The notes beneath the pieces were generated by a model, which saw only the letters and a program-made list of their open reading frames with translations, was not told the DNA's origin and searched no databases. A stretch of DNA of 64,000 bases from an uncultured Bacteroidales bacterium. GTDB taxonomy: Bacteria; Bacteroidota; Bacteroidia; Bacteroidales; VadinHA17. This document shows positions 31,116-42,800 of this stretch, piece after piece; positions within the stretch are counted from its first letter, which is position 1; every line of letters starts with the position of its first letter. The position numbers and the translations under genes are program-made. Location of the stretch: positions 75,733 through 139,732 of the forward strand of contig CAVYYH010000005.1 in the NCBI GenBank assembly GCA_963772705.1. The letters run 5' to 3'.

Positions 31116-33272
31116 ATGAGCAAGAGACCAAGATATTCAATGCATGACCTTGAAAAGGTTTCCTCACCCTCCAGGAACATCCAGAAGTGGGAGAAAGATA
31201 ATGGCATTATCCCTGTCTGGGAGACGGGCGAGCGCATCAGGGTGAAGAGTGTTTATACGAGCGAGGACATGAGGGAGATGGAACACCTCGGCTATGCTGC
31301 CGGGTTGCCTCCTTTTCTCCGCGGTCCATATTCAGGCATGTATGCCATGATGCCATGGACTGTCAGGCAGTATGCCGGATTCTCGACGGCTGAGGAGTCG
31401 AATGCATTCTACCGGCGTAATCTTGCCTCGGGCCAGAAAGGTCTTTCGGTGGCATTCGATCTCGCCACGCACCGCGGATATGACTCTGATCATGAGCGTG
31501 TTGTTGGTGATGTAGGGAAGGCCGGCGTTGCCGTTGACTCTGTCCTCGACATGAAGATACTGTTTGATCAGATACCTCTTGACAGGATGTCTGTCTCGAT
31601 GACGATGAACGGTGCCGTACTGCCTGTAATGGCATTCTACATCGTTGCCGGTCTTGAGCAGGGGGCAAAGCTCGAGGAGATGCAGGGGACCATTCAGAAT
31701 GACATCCTGAAGGAGTTTATGGTGCGCAACACATACATCTATCCTCCGGCATTCTCGATGCGCATAATAGCCGACATCTTCAGGTACACCTCTGAGAAGA
31801 TGCCGAAATTCAATTCGATATCCATCTCGGGTTACCACATGCAGGAGGCCGGCGCGACGGCTGACATTGAGCTTGCCTATACCCTTGCAGACGGCCTTGA
31901 GTACCTGCGCACGGGTGTCAATACAGGGCTCAGTGTCGATGACTTTGCCCCGCGCCTCTCATTCTTCTGGGCCTCAGGGATGAACTTCTTCATGGAGATA
32001 GCCAAGATGAGGGCGGCGCGAATGTTATGGGCAAAGATCGTCAGCGACTTCAATCCAAAAAACCCGAAGTCACTGGCACTGCGCACCCACACACAGACAT
32101 CGGGATGGAGCCTCACCGAGCAGGACCCGTTCAATAACGTGGGCCGTACGTGCATCGAGGCGATGGCTGCTGCGCTGGGACACACACAGAGCCTTCATAC
32201 AAACGCCCTTGACGAAGCCATAGCCCTTCCTACCGATTTCTCGGCGAGGATAGCACGCAACACACAGATATATCTCCAGGAGGAGACTAACATATGCAGG
32301 GCTGTTGACCCGTGGGCAGGATCATATTATGTCGAGAAGCTCACTGACGAGATAGCACACCGCGCCTGGGAGCTGATACAGGAGGTGGAGAGCCTTGGCG
32401 GCATGGCCAAAGCGATAGAGTCAGGGGTGCCCAAGATGAGGATCGAGGAAGCGGCAGCAAGGGCACAGGCCAGGATTGACTCAGGGGCACAGACGATTGT
32501 GGGGACCAATAAATACCGTCTTGAGGTGGAGGAGCCACTTGAGATACTGGAGGTTGACAACACTGCCGTACGCGAGTCACAGTTAAAGAGACTGGCACAG
32601 CTAAGGGCTTCACGTAATGAGGATGAGTGCCGTAAGGCGCTCGATGCCATCACCAGGGCGGCGGAGACGGGAGAGGGTAACCTCCTTGAACTGGCTGTTG
32701 ATGCTGCCTCGAAGAGAGCAACGCTGGGTGAGATATCATATGCATGCGAAAAAATAGCAGGGAGGTATAAAGCCGTGATAAGAACCATTTCAGGAGTATA
32801 TTCATCAGAGTACAAGTCTGACTCAGATTTTGAGGAGGCCAGGGCGCTGGCTGCGGAGTTTGCATCCAGGGCAGGACGACAGCCCCGTATCATGATTGCC
32901 AAGATGGGGCAGGACGGTCATGACAGAGGTGCTAAAGTAGTCTCAACAGGATATGCCGACATTGGCTTCGATGTAGATATCGGACCGCTGTTCCAGACTC
33001 CGGCAGAGGCAGCCAGACAGGCCGTGGAGAATGATGTCCACCTGCTCGGGGTCTCCAGCCTCGCCGCCGGACATAAGACGCTCATCCCGCAGGTGATCGC
33101 CGAGCTGAAGAAACTGGGACGTGATGACATACTTGTCATCGCCGGGGGAGTGATCCCTGCGCAGGACTACCAGTTCCTCTATGACTCAGGGGTGGCGGCT
33201 ATATTCGGACCCGGAACATCTGTATCAAAAGCAGCAAAACAGATACTTACAATATTGCTTCAGACAGTCTGA
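31116..33272 (+). CDS. scpA: Methylmalonyl-CoA mutase large subunit
   Basis: [31 protein letters not shown]12-binding motif. Confidence 0.97.
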   Translation: MSKRPRYSMHDLEKVSSPSRNIQKWEKDNGIIPVWETGERIRVKSVYTSEDMREMEHLGYAAGLPPFLRGPYSGMYAMMPWTVRQYAGFSTAEESNAFYRRNLASGQKGLSVAFDLATHRGYDSDHERVVGDVGKAGVAVDSVLDMKILFDQIPLDRMSVSMTMNGAVLPVMAFYIVAGLEQGAKLEEMQGTIQNDILKEFMVRNTYIYPPAFSMRIIADIFRYTSEKMPKFNSISISGYHMQEAGATADIELAYTLADGLEYLRTGVNTGLSVDDFAPRLSFFWASGMNFFMEIAKMRAARMLWAKIVSDFNPKNPKSLALRTHTQTSGWSLTEQDPFNNVGRTCIEAMAAALGHTQSLHTNALDEAIALPTDFSARIARNTQIYLQEETNICRAVDPWAGSYYVEKLTDEIAHRAWELIQEVESLGGMAKAIESGVPKMRIEEAAARAQARIDSGAQTIVGTNKYRLEVEEPLEILEVDNTAVRESQLKRLAQLRASRNEDECRKALDAITRAAETGEGNLLELAVDAASKRATLGEISYACEKIAGRYKAVIRTISGVYSSEYKSDSDFEEARALAAEFASRAGRQPRIMIAKMGQDGHDRGAKVVSTGYADIGFDVDIGPLFQTPAEAARQAVENDVHLLGVSSLAAGHKTLIPQVIAELKKLGRDDILVIAGGVIPAQDYQFLYDSGVAAIFGPGTSVSKAAKQILTILLQTV

Positions 33273-33295
33273 AAGCGAAAGAGACTGATCATGAG

Positions 33296-33328
33296 AACGG
33301 CTGCAGGAGATTTTTGACAGCCGTTTTT
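33296..33328 (+). terminator. Probable intrinsic terminator after the mutase operon
   Basis: AACGGCTG...CAGCCGTT followed by a T tract. Confidence 0.6.
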
Positions 33329-33366
33329 CAATTTTGATTATCTTGCATTGTTAATGGCTGGACTCT

Positions 33367-33981
33367 ATGGAAAAAATTACACTCTTATTTATTGTTCTTG
33401 TGTTACTTACAGGATGTAAAAGTTCAAAGAAGGGCTTGTCGCAGGAGGATCAGATGACCGCAAATGCACCGGCTGCAGGGGAGGTCATACAACAAACGCC
33501 CTCATTGCCTGGTGAAGCATCGGACCATGTATGGGACTTCCGTGATGCCACCACATGGATCCTTGGAGACATGACAATTGGGCAGATAAGGGACCGTGAA
33601 CCGCATATGACATGGTATGAAAAAGAGTATAACAGCTCCGACTATGTACCTGATGCAGATATAATTGAAGAACTGAAGGCAATCGCAACAGATGACCTTT
33701 CAATAACGATTGTACTTGGAACGTGGTGCCCTGACAGCCGCAGGGAGGTGCCCAGATTTATGAAACTTGTGACCGCATGGGGGTTCCCCGAAGAAAAGAT
33801 CAGGTTCATAGGGGTTGATATCGATAAGGTGGCACCACTTGGTGATTATCCTGCACTGGGAATTGAAAGGGTGCCCACTTTCATATTTTATGAAAATAAA
33901 ATAGAGACGGGACGCATCATTGAAGTTCCCGTCACGTCTTTAGAACAGGATACCAGAGATATCCTAAAGAGAAAAGAATGA
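33367..33981 (+). CDS. Thioredoxin-like lipoprotein (CxxS)
   Basis: Lipobox LTGC, GTWCPDS, VPTFIF..GRIIE. Confidence 0.8.
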   Translation: MEKITLLFIVLVLLTGCKSSKKGLSQEDQMTANAPAAGEVIQQTPSLPGEASDHVWDFRDATTWILGDMTIGQIRDREPHMTWYEKEYNSSDYVPDADIIEELKAIATDDLSITIVLGTWCPDSRREVPRFMKLVTAWGFPEEKIRFIGVDIDKVAPLGDYPALGIERVPTFIFYENKIETGRIIEVPVTSLEQDTRDILKRKE

Positions 33982-34000
33982 ATACTTAATACTTGAACCA

Positions 34001-34480
34001 ATGGAAGAAGAAAAAGACAAACAGGGAACAGGTCTGGGTGTGGGAGCCCTCGTGACGGCTATAATAGCTTTCCTTATGGCAGTAGTGCCATGTGTGGGTG
34101 TTATAGCCTTACTGCCGGCAGTGATTGCTCTGGTATTGGCAATTGTCGGCCTCTCACGTACCAGGAGCAACCAGGGAGTCCTTATCGGCGGACTGGCGGT
34201 GGCGATAATCGCCCTCATGATCTCTGTATCACAGATAGTTGTTATTGGCAAAGTGGCCAACCATTCAGACAACTGGGCAGGTGAGATTGAAAAGGTGATC
34301 AAGGATGTCACATCAGACATCGAGAAGGAGTTCGGAGACAATGAAGTAACAATACGTGTCGACAGCGGTGAGGAGACTGTTGAGATAAAGGCGACGACAC
34401 GCAAGAACGAGCTTGAGAACAAGCTTGATGAGCTTGAAGGGACAGTAGATACTGTCAAGCCGCCGGAGCCTGAGAAGTAA
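34001..34480 (+). CDS. Hypothetical membrane protein (DUF4190-like)
   Basis: Three hydrophobic segments followed by an acidic tail. Confidence 0.6.
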   Translation: MEEEKDKQGTGLGVGALVTAIIAFLMAVVPCVGVIALLPAVIALVLAIVGLSRTRSNQGVLIGGLAVAIIALMISVSQIVVIGKVANHSDNWAGEIEKVIKDVTSDIEKEFGDNEVTIRVDSGEETVEIKATTRKNELENKLDELEGTVDTVKPPEPEK

Positions 34481-34493
34481 AGCAGCCTGCCAG

Positions 34494-34910
34494 GTGAAAC
34501 GGTCTGCCGACCAGAGGGCATACTTTACTGTCAATGCCATACTCGCCGGAGTGATCCTGATAATTATGGGTTACTCCGGCTTTTATTCGCCTGATGAGAA
34601 CAGGTATCCCGTGCCGTGCATTCATGAGAAAATTACTGGGGAGCCATGCCCCTCTTGCGGCCTGTCACATGCCTTCTCACTCATAGTCAGAGGCAGGATA
34701 GATGAGGCCATGCAATGGAACAGCGCCTCACTAAGGGTCTTTCTCTTTTTTTCAGTTCAGCTGATCATGCGGGTCGCACTTGGGGTGAGAAGCCTGCTGA
34801 CCGCCAACGGGCTGAAGAAGACAGTGATGGCAGACAGCATCATCTCGGCAGTAATGGCTCTGATTGCCTTCTACCCCTTCGTCAGGTCATTGTGGCTCAT
34901 GCTCTTCTGA
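34494..34910 (+). CDS. DUF2752 family membrane protein
   Basis: C..ITGEPCPSCGLSHAF motif. Confidence 0.8.
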   Translation: MKRSADQRAYFTVNAILAGVILIIMGYSGFYSPDENRYPVPCIHEKITGEPCPSCGLSHAFSLIVRGRIDEAMQWNSASLRVFLFFSVQLIMRVALGVRSLLTANGLKKTVMADSIISAVMALIAFYPFVRSLWLMLF

Positions 34911-34913
34911 GTT

Positions 34914-35387
34914 TCAGTCTCTGAAGAGCGAGTTAATGGCATCATAGACAAGATGACTCTCAAATCCCTTTCCCAGTGCATGCCTGAGAAGCTTTCCCTT
35001 CAGGTCAAACCTGTTCTTTGCCTTTATCTTTTTCTGTTGTGTCACGATTATTTTCCTGAGGAGATCAAGGTATTCTTCCATGTCAATGGCTTCCAGCCCT
35101 GCTGATATGTCAGTCTCTGATATCTTCTTGGCTTTCAGCATCATGGTTATCTTAACCCTGCCCCACTGGTTGTACCTGAAGTGATCACGGGCAAAGGCAC
35201 TGCAATATCGTGCCTCATCGATGAATCGCTCTTCTTTGAGCTTGTCTATGATCTCAGTTTTCATCGCTTCTTCCGTCGCCCCCCAACGGCCAAGCAATGA
35301 GTTTATCTCGCTGACGCAATACTCCCTTCCTGAGCATAGCTGCTGAGCCCTCTGCAAAAGCTCCTTCTTCTCTTTCGCCTCATCCAT
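34914..35387 (-). CDS. recX: Regulatory protein RecX
   Basis: CSGREYC, FIDEARY, WGRVKI, GKGFE. Confidence 0.9.
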   Translation of the reverse strand: MDEAKEKKELLQRAQQLCSGREYCVSEINSLLGRWGATEEAMKTEIIDKLKEERFIDEARYCSAFARDHFRYNQWGRVKITMMLKAKKISETDISAGLEAIDMEEYLDLLRKIIVTQQKKIKAKNRFDLKGKLLRHALGKGFESHLVYDAINSLFRD

Positions 35388-36246
35388 TTTTTACTGCTTT
35401 GATGAATCGCTGTTTTCCTCTGAAATCTGCCATGACTTTTATTTCACTGTAGCGGGAAGGGCTGAACAGCCTGGCTGCCGCTTCAGCAAAGGCCTCATTG
35501 GCCTCAAGATAGATGCTCCCGTCAGTGGCAAGGCGTTCGTCAGCCGTCTTCACAAGGTGCCTGTAAAAGAGCAACGGGTCATCGTCAGGCACGAAGAGTG
35601 CCTCGTGAGGCTCATGATCAGTCACATTGACATGCATCATTCTTTTTTCGCTCTCTGTCACGTAGGGAGGGTTGCTGACGATCAGGCTGCTTTGCTCAAT
35701 TGCTCCGGCAGGCTGAGAAAGGATGTCGAACGGAATGAGACTCACGCCGGCTCTGTTTGAGATGACGTTGCGGGCAGCTGTCCGGAGGGCCTTTGGCGAG
35801 TTGTCTGCCCCGTAAACTGTCGCCTCCGGAAATGCCAGTGCAAGGGCAATGGCTATGCAGCCTGAACCGGTGCAGATGTCGGTGGCTACCCCCCTGAATC
35901 CTTTTTTCTCACTGATGATTAAGGAAGTAAGCTCCTCCGTCTCTGGCCTGGGTATCAGCACTCCGGGCCCGACCTCAATACGATGGCCGAGGAACATTGT
36001 GTAGCCGAAAATATACTGCAGCGGCTCGCCCTCTGCTGCCCTTGCGGCTGCTGACAGAACCAGGCGGACTGCCTCAGGATCGGCTCTCTGGTCACCGAAG
36101 GCAAGCTGCCGCGCGCTGCCCATGCCAGTGTATTCGCCTATTATGACCGACGCCATGGCCTCTGCTTCAGGTTGTTGCCACAGGGCTGACAGGAGGTGCG
36201 CTACATGTCGACGTAATTCGGTTATTGTTTGTAACTTTTCGGCCAT
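35380..36246 (-). CDS. prmC: Release factor glutamine methyltransferase
   Basis: EPLQYI, LIPRPETEEL, DICTGSGCIA, VSNPPY. Confidence 0.95.
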   Translation of the reverse strand: MAEKLQTITELRRHVAHLLSALWQQPEAEAMASVIIGEYTGMGSARQLAFGDQRADPEAVRLVLSAAARAAEGEPLQYIFGYTMFLGHRIEVGPGVLIPRPETEELTSLIISEKKGFRGVATDICTGSGCIAIALALAFPEATVYGADNSPKALRTAARNVISNRAGVSLIPFDILSQPAGAIEQSSLIVSNPPYVTESEKRMMHVNVTDHEPHEALFVPDDDPLLFYRHLVKTADERLATDGSIYLEANEAFAEAAARLFSPSRYSEIKVMADFRGKQRFIKAVKNG

Positions 36247-36250
36247 GATT

Positions 36251-36258
36251 CAAAGATA
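36251..36258 (-). promoter_or_regulatory. -7 promoter element (TATCTTTG) 4 nt before the prmC ATG
   Basis: TAnnTTTG inside the 25-bp divergent prmC/ribD gap. Confidence 0.5.
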
Positions 36259-36271
36259 GGAAATTGAACCC

Positions 36272-37321
36272 ATGGCTCATCCTGATGACCTTTTCTATAT
36301 GAGGCGCTGTCTTGACCTTGCGGTCAGGGCGGAAGGCAATACGTCGCCAAATCCGCTCGTCGGCTCGGTCATCGTACATAACGGCAGGATAACAGGCGAG
36401 GGTTACCATCTCAGGGCTGGCACACCTCATGCGGAGGTACATGCAATAAACTCCGTTGCCGATAAGAGCCTGCTGCCGCATTCGACGCTGTACGCCAGTC
36501 TTGAACCATGTTCGCATCAGGGACGAACACCGCCGTGCACTGACCTGATAATCAGGAGCGGCATAAAGCGAGTCGTGGTTGGCACCATCGACACAAGTCC
36601 CAAAGTTGCAGGAGCGGGGATCAGGAAGATGACGGAGGCAGGGATTGAGGTCGTGTCAGGGGTGGCCGGGGATGAATGCCGGTGGGTTAACAGGAGGTTC
36701 TTTGCCTGGCATGAGAAGCACCGGCCCTATGTCATACTGAAATGGGCGCGGAGCGCAGACGGATACATTGACTTCAACAGGTCTCCCGGCGATGCGGCAG
36801 AGCCTCACTGGATAACGGGAATGACAGAGAGGGTACTGGTACATCGGTGGAGGGCAGCAGAGGATGCCATCCTTGCCGGAGGAGGAACAGTTAGGGCTGA
36901 TAATCCGGCACTTGATGTACGCCTCTGGAGAGGGAAAAACCCGGTAAAAATCATTATAAGCCGCAGCGGTGCCCTCAACCCCGGCTCGAAGATATTCAGC
37001 GCGACAGCAGATGTAATACTTTTTACACGTAACAGGGATGTTTCATTTCCGAATACCAGGGTGATATATCTTAATGAAGATCAGAACTTTATCGGAGAAG
37101 TGCTGGGCAGGCTACATGAAATGGGAGTTCAGTCACTCTTTGTTGAGGGAGGGGCCTTCATCATAAAGAGCTTCATCAGCTCAGGTCTCTGGGATGAGGC
37201 CCGGCGCTTCACCGGAAAGAAGAATTTCGGCGGGGGGATCCCCGATCCTTTTACTACTTTCACTGCCGGCCGATCATACCACTTTGAGAACAGCATGTTG
37301 GAAACAGCCCTGAATTTTTGA
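36272..37321 (+). CDS. ribD: Riboflavin biosynthesis deaminase/reductase
   Basis: PNPLVG, HAEV, LEPCSHQGRTPPC, VEGG. Confidence 0.95.
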   Translation: MAHPDDLFYMRRCLDLAVRAEGNTSPNPLVGSVIVHNGRITGEGYHLRAGTPHAEVHAINSVADKSLLPHSTLYASLEPCSHQGRTPPCTDLIIRSGIKRVVVGTIDTSPKVAGAGIRKMTEAGIEVVSGVAGDECRWVNRRFFAWHEKHRPYVILKWARSADGYIDFNRSPGDAAEPHWITGMTERVLVHRWRAAEDAILAGGGTVRADNPALDVRLWRGKNPVKIIISRSGALNPGSKIFSATADVILFTRNRDVSFPNTRVIYLNEDQNFIGEVLGRLHEMGVQSLFVEGGAFIIKSFISSGLWDEARRFTGKKNFGGGIPDPFTTFTAGRSYHFENSMLETALNF

Positions 37322-37418
37322 CTAAACGCACTTTTTTGTATGTTAATAACTGTTTTTTTGTTGTTAATAAATAAATTTTTGTATTTTTGATATCCCATTT
37401 TATAAATGAGCTAAAATC

Positions 37419-39803
37419 ATGAAACGAGGATTCTCAGTTCTTGTAATTGTTCTTTTCACGGCTGGTTTGACTGTTTACGGGCAGAGTGCCCGCAAATACA
37501 TCAAGGCTGGCGAAGAGTTTGTCAGGAACGGTATGTACGATGATGCCATCGAACAGTTCTCACGGGCCATAGATGAGGCTCCTGCGTCGCCGGAAGGATA
37601 TGTTAAAAGGGCAGGCGCATACGAATCAACAGGTAACTACGGACTTGCCTATGATGACTACCACAGGGCAGTCAGTTTCGAATCTGATGATACGGGTATC
37701 CTTTATAATCTTGGCAGGATGTGCAACAAGCTTGCCTCTGCCGAGGGTGCAACACCGGAAGAGAGACAGAGATATTTTCTCGAAGCTGTTGAGGTGCTGC
37801 AGAAGGCCATCGCTGTTGAATACCGGAACGGGAAGCTTTATACTGAAAAGGTTGTGTCACTTATCGGGCTCGAGCTGTGGGACAAAGCGCTGGGCGCTTC
37901 TGACACTGCCATTCAGATGAGAGATGACGCCATCAACTATTATTACCAGGGGATAATCTATCAGAAAATCAAGGATGACAACACTGCAAGGCGGCAGCTT
38001 GAGAAAGCAGTGACAAAAGATAAATATCTCTCAATAGCCAGGCTGGAACTGGCCAGGGTCCTTATCCGTCAGGGCGATGTTAACAGCGCACTGGGTCAGT
38101 GCCAGATGGTCATCAATCAGGATGAAAAATATGTTGATGCTTACCTTACCCGCGCTACCGCATATGAAGCAAAGCTGGACTACCCGTCAGCCATAAACGA
38201 TATAAGCACGGCCATCCTTCTCGAACCGGCAAAGAAGAGCCACTACGTTAAAAGGGGAGTGTATTACCAGAGTTTTAACCAGCACCTGGCCGCCATTAAT
38301 GACTTTACAAAGGCCCTGGCCATTGACCAGTATCAGACAGATGTCTATCTCCTCCGGGCCAAATCATACGAGGAGATAAATGATTTCGAAAAGGCCGGGT
38401 CTGACTATGCAAAAGTAATCGCACTCAGTGAGAATAACTCTGTCGCCAAGAAGCTTATGGCCGAGGCCAACGAAAGGCTCTTCATAATAAACCGCGAGTC
38501 AGCCAGCCCGGAGATATTGATTGAGACACCGACCATAGTAGCGGGTCGTGAGATTGAGGTGGGTATTGACCGCAAGAGTGTGCTGGTGACCGGAAAGATA
38601 ACCGACAAGAGCCTCCTTGCCGAGTTCTCAATCAACAATATCCCGGTCATGTATGAAGGACGCAGCGGTACCATTCCATTCACTGCCGAGGTGGGGATAT
38701 CATCAGACGAGATTGTCAGGATAGTGGCACGTGACGTGTATAACAATGAGAGCGTGCTGACATACCATGTCAGGAGGACCGAGGCTGATGCGCCTGAGAT
38801 TCAGATACTCACACCTTATATCTCCGCCGAAAACATCCTTATTATTGACAGCGTTGCCACCAAGATCGACATCGAGGGCAAAGTGTTTGACCAGAACCTT
38901 ATCAAATCAGTGAAGATTGAGAATGTCAGCGCGCAGTTCTCGCAGGATAACCTTAACCCGGAATTCATTGCCAGGGGCATTGATATCAGGAACAATGACA
39001 AGATCACGATACTGGTTGAAGACAAATATGGCAACCGGACCATCAGGGATTACACTCTGAACCGCAGCGGCAACATTATCTCCGAGTCTAACCCGATGGG
39101 TAATACTCTTATCGTGTTCATTGAGAACAGTGACTACGAGAATTTTGCCATACTGGAGGGACCACAGAAGGATGCAAACCTGATCACCGGGGTCCTTGAA
39201 GACAATTACCAGGTCCTGCCCATACGGAGACTGCGCAACCAGACGAAGCAGCAGATGGAGAAATTCTTCTCCATCGATCTTCGTGAAGAGGTGCGTGCCA
39301 AGCAGATCAAGTCACTCGTGATATGGTTTGCCGGCCATGGCAAGTTTATCAATGACGTAGGATACTGGATACCCGTTGACGCACGCCGTGATGAGGAATT
39401 CACCTACTACAGTCTCAACACCCTGAAGGCTTCCATGGAGACTTACATGAATTACCTGACCCATGTCCTTGTTGTCACTGACGCCTGTGAGTCGGGTCCC
39501 AGTTTCTACCAGGCGATGAGGTCAGATGTCAAGGCCCGCAACTGTGCTGACTGGAAAGCCACGCAGTTCAAGTCGAGCCAGGTATTATCATCTGCCGGAT
39601 ATGAGCTTGCCGTAGATGACTCACAGTTCACCCGCACGTTTGTGAATGCCCTGCGCGGCAACCCGAACACCTGCATCTCCATTGACGAGATTGCCACACA
39701 GGTAACCAAGGCGGTAACCCAGAATAACCGGCAGAAGCCAAAGTTTGGAAAGATAACCGGGCTCAAGGACGAAGACGGGACATTCTTCTTTGTAAAGAAA
39801 TAA
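37419..39803 (+). CDS. Exported TPR-repeat protein with Ig-like domains and C-terminal caspase (peptidase C14) domain
   Basis: Signal peptide, roughly 9-10 TPR-like repeats, two beta-rich repeats, catalytic WFAGHG and TDACESG. Confidence 0.85.
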   Translation: MKRGFSVLVIVLFTAGLTVYGQSARKYIKAGEEFVRNGMYDDAIEQFSRAIDEAPASPEGYVKRAGAYESTGNYGLAYDDYHRAVSFESDDTGILYNLGRMCNKLASAEGATPEERQRYFLEAVEVLQKAIAVEYRNGKLYTEKVVSLIGLELWDKALGASDTAIQMRDDAINYYYQGIIYQKIKDDNTARRQLEKAVTKDKYLSIARLELARVLIRQGDVNSALGQCQMVINQDEKYVDAYLTRATAYEAKLDYPSAINDISTAILLEPAKKSHYVKRGVYYQSFNQHLAAINDFTKALAIDQYQTDVYLLRAKSYEEINDFEKAGSDYAKVIALSENNSVAKKLMAEANERLFIINRESASPEILIETPTIVAGREIEVGIDRKSVLVTGKITDKSLLAEFSINNIPVMYEGRSGTIPFTAEVGISSDEIVRIVARDVYNNESVLTYHVRRTEADAPEIQILTPYISAENILIIDSVATKIDIEGKVFDQNLIKSVKIENVSAQFSQDNLNPEFIARGIDIRNNDKITILVEDKYGNRTIRDYTLNRSGNIISESNPMGNTLIVFIENSDYENFAILEGPQKDANLITGVLEDNYQVLPIRRLRNQTKQQMEKFFSIDLREEVRAKQIKSLVIWFAGHGKFINDVGYWIPVDARRDEEFTYYSLNTLKASMETYMNYLTHVLVVTDACESGPSFYQAMRSDVKARNCADWKATQFKSSQVLSSAGYELAVDDSQFTRTFVNALRGNPNTCISIDEIATQVTKAVTQNNRQKPKFGKITGLKDEDGTFFFVKK

Positions 39804-39807
39804 CCTG

Positions 39808-42800
39808 ATGCAGGAGAGAAGAGGCTTTTGCGGAACATTTTCGGTTTGTTCATTAGCCTGGCTGCTTCTTTTCCTTGTTGCCACACCCCGCGACGCTGCC
39901 GGACAGAACTACTATTTTCAGCATCTGAGCTCGAAGGAAGGGCTGAGTGCATCAAAGATCTACACCATCATTCAGGATGCCAACGACTTCATCTGGCTGG
40001 GGACAGGCAGCGGGGTGACACGTTTTGACGGCCTGCGGTTTGAAAATTTCTCAACGTCAGACGGCCTTGCCCCGGGGGGAGTGAAAAGCATACTCGAAGA
40101 CAGCTACGGACGGATATGGATGGGTCATATAGGAGGCGGCATGTCACTCCTCGAGGGTGACATCTTCAAGAGAGTCTCCTTCTCCTCGGTATTATTCTCC
40201 GGGCCTGACTCAGTGAGAGTCTCAGACGCCGAAGGACCTGTCTTTAACCTCAGGGGAGACGTGACAGGCATCAAGGAATTTGACAGTTATCTCTGGATTT
40301 CTACCTCACTCGGCGGGGTGCTGAAGCTTGACCAGCCTGAACCGGGAGTCACCGTCATGTCCGGACGACAGTACCTGGGGCGTGACGGACTGAGCAATGA
40401 TGCATTCGGGTTCCATTCAGACCGTGACGGAAACCTCTATTGCATCACCGATGTCGGGATAAGGAAGTACAACTATGAGACTGACCGCTTCGATCCCTAC
40501 AGCCCTGACGGTCTGACAAAGTACTTCCTTACAATAACAATGTTCGAGGATTCCAGGGGCAATATGTGGTTCGGGACATATAACGGAGGCCTCTATAAGC
40601 TTGACAAAGAGAGCGGCAGGATGGATATATATGATACCCGTAACGGCCTCTGGGGGAACTTTGTCACTTATGTTACCGAGGATTACCGGGGCAATATATG
40701 GGCATCATCAATGGAAGACTGGGAGAGCAAAGGCGGTATCACCGTCTTCTCCCCTGAGGGAACTGTTGTCTTCAACAGTACGAACGGGCTCAACTCACTG
40801 CATCCCCTTTGCATGCTTGAGGACAATGAGAAGAATGTCCTCATTGCTGACAGGGATGCAGGGCTGTTCATATACAAGGGTGACCACCTTACGTCATATA
40901 ACGCACCGCAGTTCCTGCTGTCGAATGATGTTTCTTCCATTGCCCAGGACCAGGAAGGAAGATACTGGTTCGGCACGCGCGAGGGATTGTCAATTTATGA
41001 TCCGGAGAAAAAGGAGGGTGGCAGCACTGACCTGGCAGGCCTTCCCGCCAGCCTTAAAGGAAAACAGATAAGCATCATAAAACCCGGCAGTGACGGATAT
41101 GTGTGGATAGTAACGGCGGAGGATGAGGTTTTCAGGTATGACCTGAAGGAGAAAACCAGCCGCTTTGATCTTGACCTGAATGCAAAGCTTCACTCGCTGA
41201 GGATTGCTGCAATTGAGACTGATGATAACGGGAATCTGTGGATCGGCACTCACAAGGCTCTTGTTTCATGGAATAGTGAGACCAGGGAGAGCTATACCTT
41301 CACGGAGGGGCATGGACTGACAGGTAACAATATAACATCGCTTTTCAAAGACAGTAACGGGTTTCTCTGGATCGGCACAGAGGAACGAAACGGGCTGACT
41401 AAGCACCATCCGGGAAGATCAGTATTCACGACGGTGGAAATTGGCGCCGACGTCAGGCCCAACGCCATTGCTGAGACCTCTGACGGGACAATCTGGGTGG
41501 GAACGATAGACGGTCTTTACGCTCTTCGGGCTGACACGGTGTGGAAGAAGCTGACAGAGACCGACGGATTGCTGATGAACTCAATAAACCTGCTGCAGTC
41601 AGACGGGGCCGGAAACCTGTATATCGGTACAAACCTGGGGCTCAACAGATATGACACTTCGACGGGTAAGATATCTTCATTCACTGAGAAGAACGGGTTC
41701 ACAGGTATTGAGACGAGGCCCAATGCAGCTTTTGCTGACAGCGGAGGCGACCTGTGGTTCGGGACCAGCAACGGCGCCATCCGGATGAGCCCTTCCCGTC
41801 TGCCCCCTGTAGTAACTGAGCCGGCAACGCATATCTGGAGGACACTTGTCAACCTCGAACCATATCCGATGTATGATGGCATCCGCCTCCCGCATTCAAT
41901 GAACAGGATCGCCTTTGACTTCCTCAGCATCTGCCTGGTGAACCCGGCAGCGGTGAAATACCAGTTCATGCTCGTCGGGAACGATGAAGACTGGATCTCC
42001 ACTGACCAGACCAGTGCAATGTATTCGTCAATCAGTCCCGGCAAGTATACCTTCATGGTCAGGGCTTCAAACAATTACGGATACTGGAACGAGACCCCTG
42101 TTACCCTTGGTTTTACAATAAAAGCACCATTCTACCAGACTTTCTGGTTTATACTACTGGTTATTCTGGCGGTAATAGGGGCAATTTATTTGATTATCAG
42201 CATGCGCGAACGAAACCTGCTGAGAGAAAAGGAGGTGCTTGAGGAGAAGGTTGAGGAGCGTACTGCAGAGGTTGTGACCAAGAGCCTGGAGCTTGAGGAA
42301 AAGAACAGGGACATCACTGCCAGCATAAGGTATGCCGAACGTATTCAGAGGGCTATGCTGCCCCCGGAAAACTATTTCAATAAGACCTTTGTACTATTCA
42401 TGCCGAAGGACATCGTCAGCGGTGATTTTTACTGGATGTATGACAGCGGCGACAAGCAGTATATTGCCGTTGTTGACTGTACCGGACACGGTGTGCCGGG
42501 TGCGTTCATGTCGATAATAGGGCACAACTCACTCAACAAGGTGGTCAAGGAGAACGGCATCCGCAGGCCTGCCGAAATACTCGATCATCTGAATATTGAG
42601 GTCGTCCATGCACTGCTGCAGCGCAGTGAGAAGGCAGTGCGTGACGGGATGGATATTTCAATCGTCTCTTATGATCCCCGCGAACATTATATTGAGTATG
42701 CCGGCGCCTACCAGTCACTCTATCTGGTTCGTGACGGAACTGTATCAATCTTCAAGGCTGACCGATTTCCCATCGGTATGATTGACGGGCATGAGAAGAA

